From Macrostomum lignano (Eukaryota), in the NCBI GenBank assembly GCA_002269645.1, contig NIVC01001769.1:62001-126000 (forward strand): a stretch of DNA of 64,000 nucleotides. The letters are read 5' to 3'. Below the pieces are notes generated by a model. That model worked only from the letters and a program-made list of their open reading frames with translations. It was not told the DNA's origin and did no database searches. Position numbers and translations under genes: made by a program. This document shows, one piece after another, positions 61,467-64,000 of the stretch (position 1 is the first letter of the stretch; every line of letters begins with the position of its first letter).

Positions 61467-63170
61467 AGTAGTAGGAAAGTGGTACCCTCTACCGCCATCG
61501 CACGGGATTGGCCGGGGCACCCGGCCAATGAGGGGAGACGGCGCCCCGAAGACGCCCACCCCGACGCCAAACCCACCCCGACCCCAAAACCCACCCCGAC
61601 CCAAACCCAACACCGCCACGCACCCAATCCAGACCCCCAAACCCACCACCGCCACGCACCCAATCCCAACCCCAAACCCACTACCACCACGCACCCACCC
61701 CGACCCCAAACCGGGCCCCCAAAGACGCCCACCCGACCCCAAATCCACCACCGCCGCACCTACCTCCGACCCCAAACCGGGCCCCCTCCTGTCCTGCACC
61801 CCATCCCATACCGGAGGCCGGAGAAAGGGGTCGGGCAAGCCCAGGTTGGGGTCGGGCAAGCCCAGGAGTGGGGTCGAGCAAGCCTAGAAGTAGGGTCGAG
61901 CAGGCACAGAGGTGGGGTCGGGCAGGCGGAATGAGGGGGTCAATCAGGCCAAGGGTGGGGTCGGGCAGGCCGGTTGAGCAGGCCAGATGACGGGTTGGGC
62001 AGCTGAGTGTCTGTTGAGTGTCCAAGGGTGAGTTAAGTGAGTGTTCAAGGGTGAGTTTTGAGATGTGAATGAGTGTCCATTGTTGAGTATCCTCTACCGC
62101 ATGTGGTGACACGCAACACAGAGTTTCAATGTGATCGGTCAACGGGTAGAGGGTCCGATTGCTTGGAATTTCCGAGTAGAGAGGGGAAGGGATTCTATTG
62201 GTCGAGCAAGCATTTGAAGTGATTTCCGAGTATAATGTGGGGAAAGAATTCTATTGGTCGAGAAGGAATTCTATTGGTCGAGTGGTCCCTGATGCACGAT
62301 TTGGTTGGTCAACACAACCCGCAGGAGCCGGGGTCCAGTACCCTTTATAAACAAAGCACCCGGGACTCAGTAGACCCCATAGATTTTTTTATTTTATATC
62401 AAATTTAACATACAACAAAAATGCAAATAACTTGCGACTTCTGCGAGTCATCAGTAACCGGGGGCATTGAGGAGCACTATGCGGTATGCCCTGCGATACC
62501 AGCACTGTTTGAGTCAGATGACTCCCCAACGATTCATTTTCAACTGATCAAGGAGGCGTTTAATGGCAGGTCCCGACTTTACCGGGCCAGTGCATGCGGC
62601 GACCCGAGGAATTTTTTGGAAAGCACTCGTCAAGCTTTCATTGACTTGATCACCCAGCATCAACTTCAGCCAGGAACCGCCATCAAGGTTCAGCTGCGCC
62701 TCGGGGTCCTGATGCAGCGCATCATTAATGGCCGCTGCGCCGCCGAGAACACCGCCTGGTTTGCTGCCAAGGTCCACTCTCTTATTCGGAGTGAGGAGGA
62801 GCAATACTTCTCTGACGACATGCAGACTATCCTCAACCGGATAGAGAAGTACCTACGCAATGCCAGTTGCTGGGAAATCAGGACCACTCGGTGTGTTGAC
62901 GTGTCGACCGCTGTTTATTATCTACCGCATGGAGCGTCGTGCAAAAGGCCAAGAATGAGTTCAAGAAAGACAACGGGCCGCTAAACAACTCCCTGTAGAC
63001 CCTAGAGAATGTTCGCAAGCAAGTGAGCTACCGACTGGTCAATTCAAAGCCTGTGGCCAAGTCAGCATTCCGCGACCAGAAGATTTTCAACCGGGATTTA
63101 GTTCTGGTGCACGTTCTCAAGATGACAAGCCAGTGTCGGCCAGTGCGATCTGGACACTAGCAAGCTCTTT
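61467..63170 (+). mobile_element. Internally deleted Polinton/Maverick-like element (left end plus pPolB relics)
   Basis: Begins AGTAGTAG exactly where homology to 40285 stops. A GC-rich repetitive terminal region is followed by three ATTGGTCGA boxes, a TATA box and polymerase-B-like fragments. The right end is not in the window. Confidence 0.65.
62421..63170 (+). pseudogene. Truncated protein-primed DNA polymerase B-like gene
   Basis: The ORF has IKVQL.LGV.M and IEKYLRNASCWEI....VDV..AVYYLPHGAS, like the N-terminal region (E.Y...GSGW....Y.PL.GSS) of invertebrate Polinton-type PolB. It jumps directly to AKNEFKKD..LNNS*TLENVRK..KSAFRDQKIFNRDLVLVH (motif B region) in another frame. Confidence 0.65.
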
Positions 63171-63344
63171 TTCTCACAATAACATTCTTTTCACATATCT
63201 TTAATTTTTAACTATGTGCATGTGAATTTAATGCGAATATACTATATTTTGAATAATAATAAATCCATCCTTTACTTAATGATATTTGATACACTGCAGG
63301 AGAGAAAATTGTTCTTTCACATTAGTATTTTTACCATAATGAGT

Positions 63345-63665
63345 CATTTTTGTGCACATCTCTGGGTTAAAATTCTCATTGAAATGTTTGTATTTTGTAC
63401 ACGAGTATGTAAGTTTTCGTGCACAGTGATTAAAAGTGCGCAATATGACGTGACTTTTTTGACAACATGCGTCAATTTTCATGCACAGGTTCGAGTAAAA
63501 ATCCCTATTGAACAACATTTATTTTGTGCACAAGTATGCAAGTTTTCGTGCACAGTGTTAAAAAGTATGCAAAGTGTCGAGGTTTTTCGTGCACACATTC
63601 GGGTAAAAATTCCCATTGAAATGTATGTATTTTATGCAAAAATGCATGATTTTTCGTGCACAACA
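63345..63665. repeat. Three diverged 105-130-bp tandem units
   Basis: Recurring GGGTAAAAATTCCCATTGAAATG..TTTTCGTGCACA. Confidence 0.7.
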
Positions 63666-64000
63666 GAGGCTAGAAACGCTAAATCCGCAGAAATGGGTCG
63701 GGGTGGGTAGTTTTTTTTCAAGCCAGGTGTTTGGCATAAGAAAATGATAGGTACTAGAAATTTGGTAAAATGAAAAAGAAAAAGGCAATTTCCAAAATTC
63801 TGCCAGGTATTTATTTTGACTGCAGTAGACCGGGCAGCTATGGCGGCTATCAGGCATTAAAACGAGAGTTGCACAAACAGCACGGACCCAAGTTTAGTGT
63901 AGGGCAGGTATGCATATACGATATACTCCTGAACCAATGATTTTCTAGAAAATTCCAGCTTAGGCTTTTAGTTTTATCCACTAGCTAGCAATTTCCAGTT

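Noticed and set aside
61372-61934. Pro/Thr-rich ORFs as collagen- or extensin-like genes
   Set aside because: They come from the ACCCCAAACCC-type low-complexity terminal region of the Polinton-like element.

Overview
Eukaryotic (animal) genomic DNA with GT-AG introns, tRNA-derived SINEs and abundant minisatellites. The style resembles a free-living flatworm such as Macrostomum, but that is inference only. No prokaryotic features, rRNA or CRISPR. Left part: a frameshifted Ty3/Gypsy LTR retrotransposon (1-2.6 kb, minus) and an apparently intact EnSpm/CACTA-like transposase (6123-8087) head-to-head with a 5-exon DUF4806-like gene that carries an (EAAAA)n helix. Middle: two tandem Shisa-like single-pass membrane genes and a secreted fibrinogen-related protein with an unrecognised cationic N-terminus. 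From 26 to 61 kb lies a cluster of secreted proteins with the architecture signal peptide + two F-type-lectin-like domains + C-terminal WSC domain. It has three complete genes (A, B, C; gene models built by hand from splice sites and phases) and two partial copies (B', C') in a ~5.5 kb duplication. Between C and C' all 15 coding nucleotide differences I counted fall in amino-acid-changing codons, mostly in one half of lectin domain 2. The duplication ends exactly at the AGTAGT terminus of an internally deleted Polinton/Maverick-like element. Most long introns are filled with minisatellites, several of which share a CAGGTG core. All domain calls are motif recognition by eye, not database hits.
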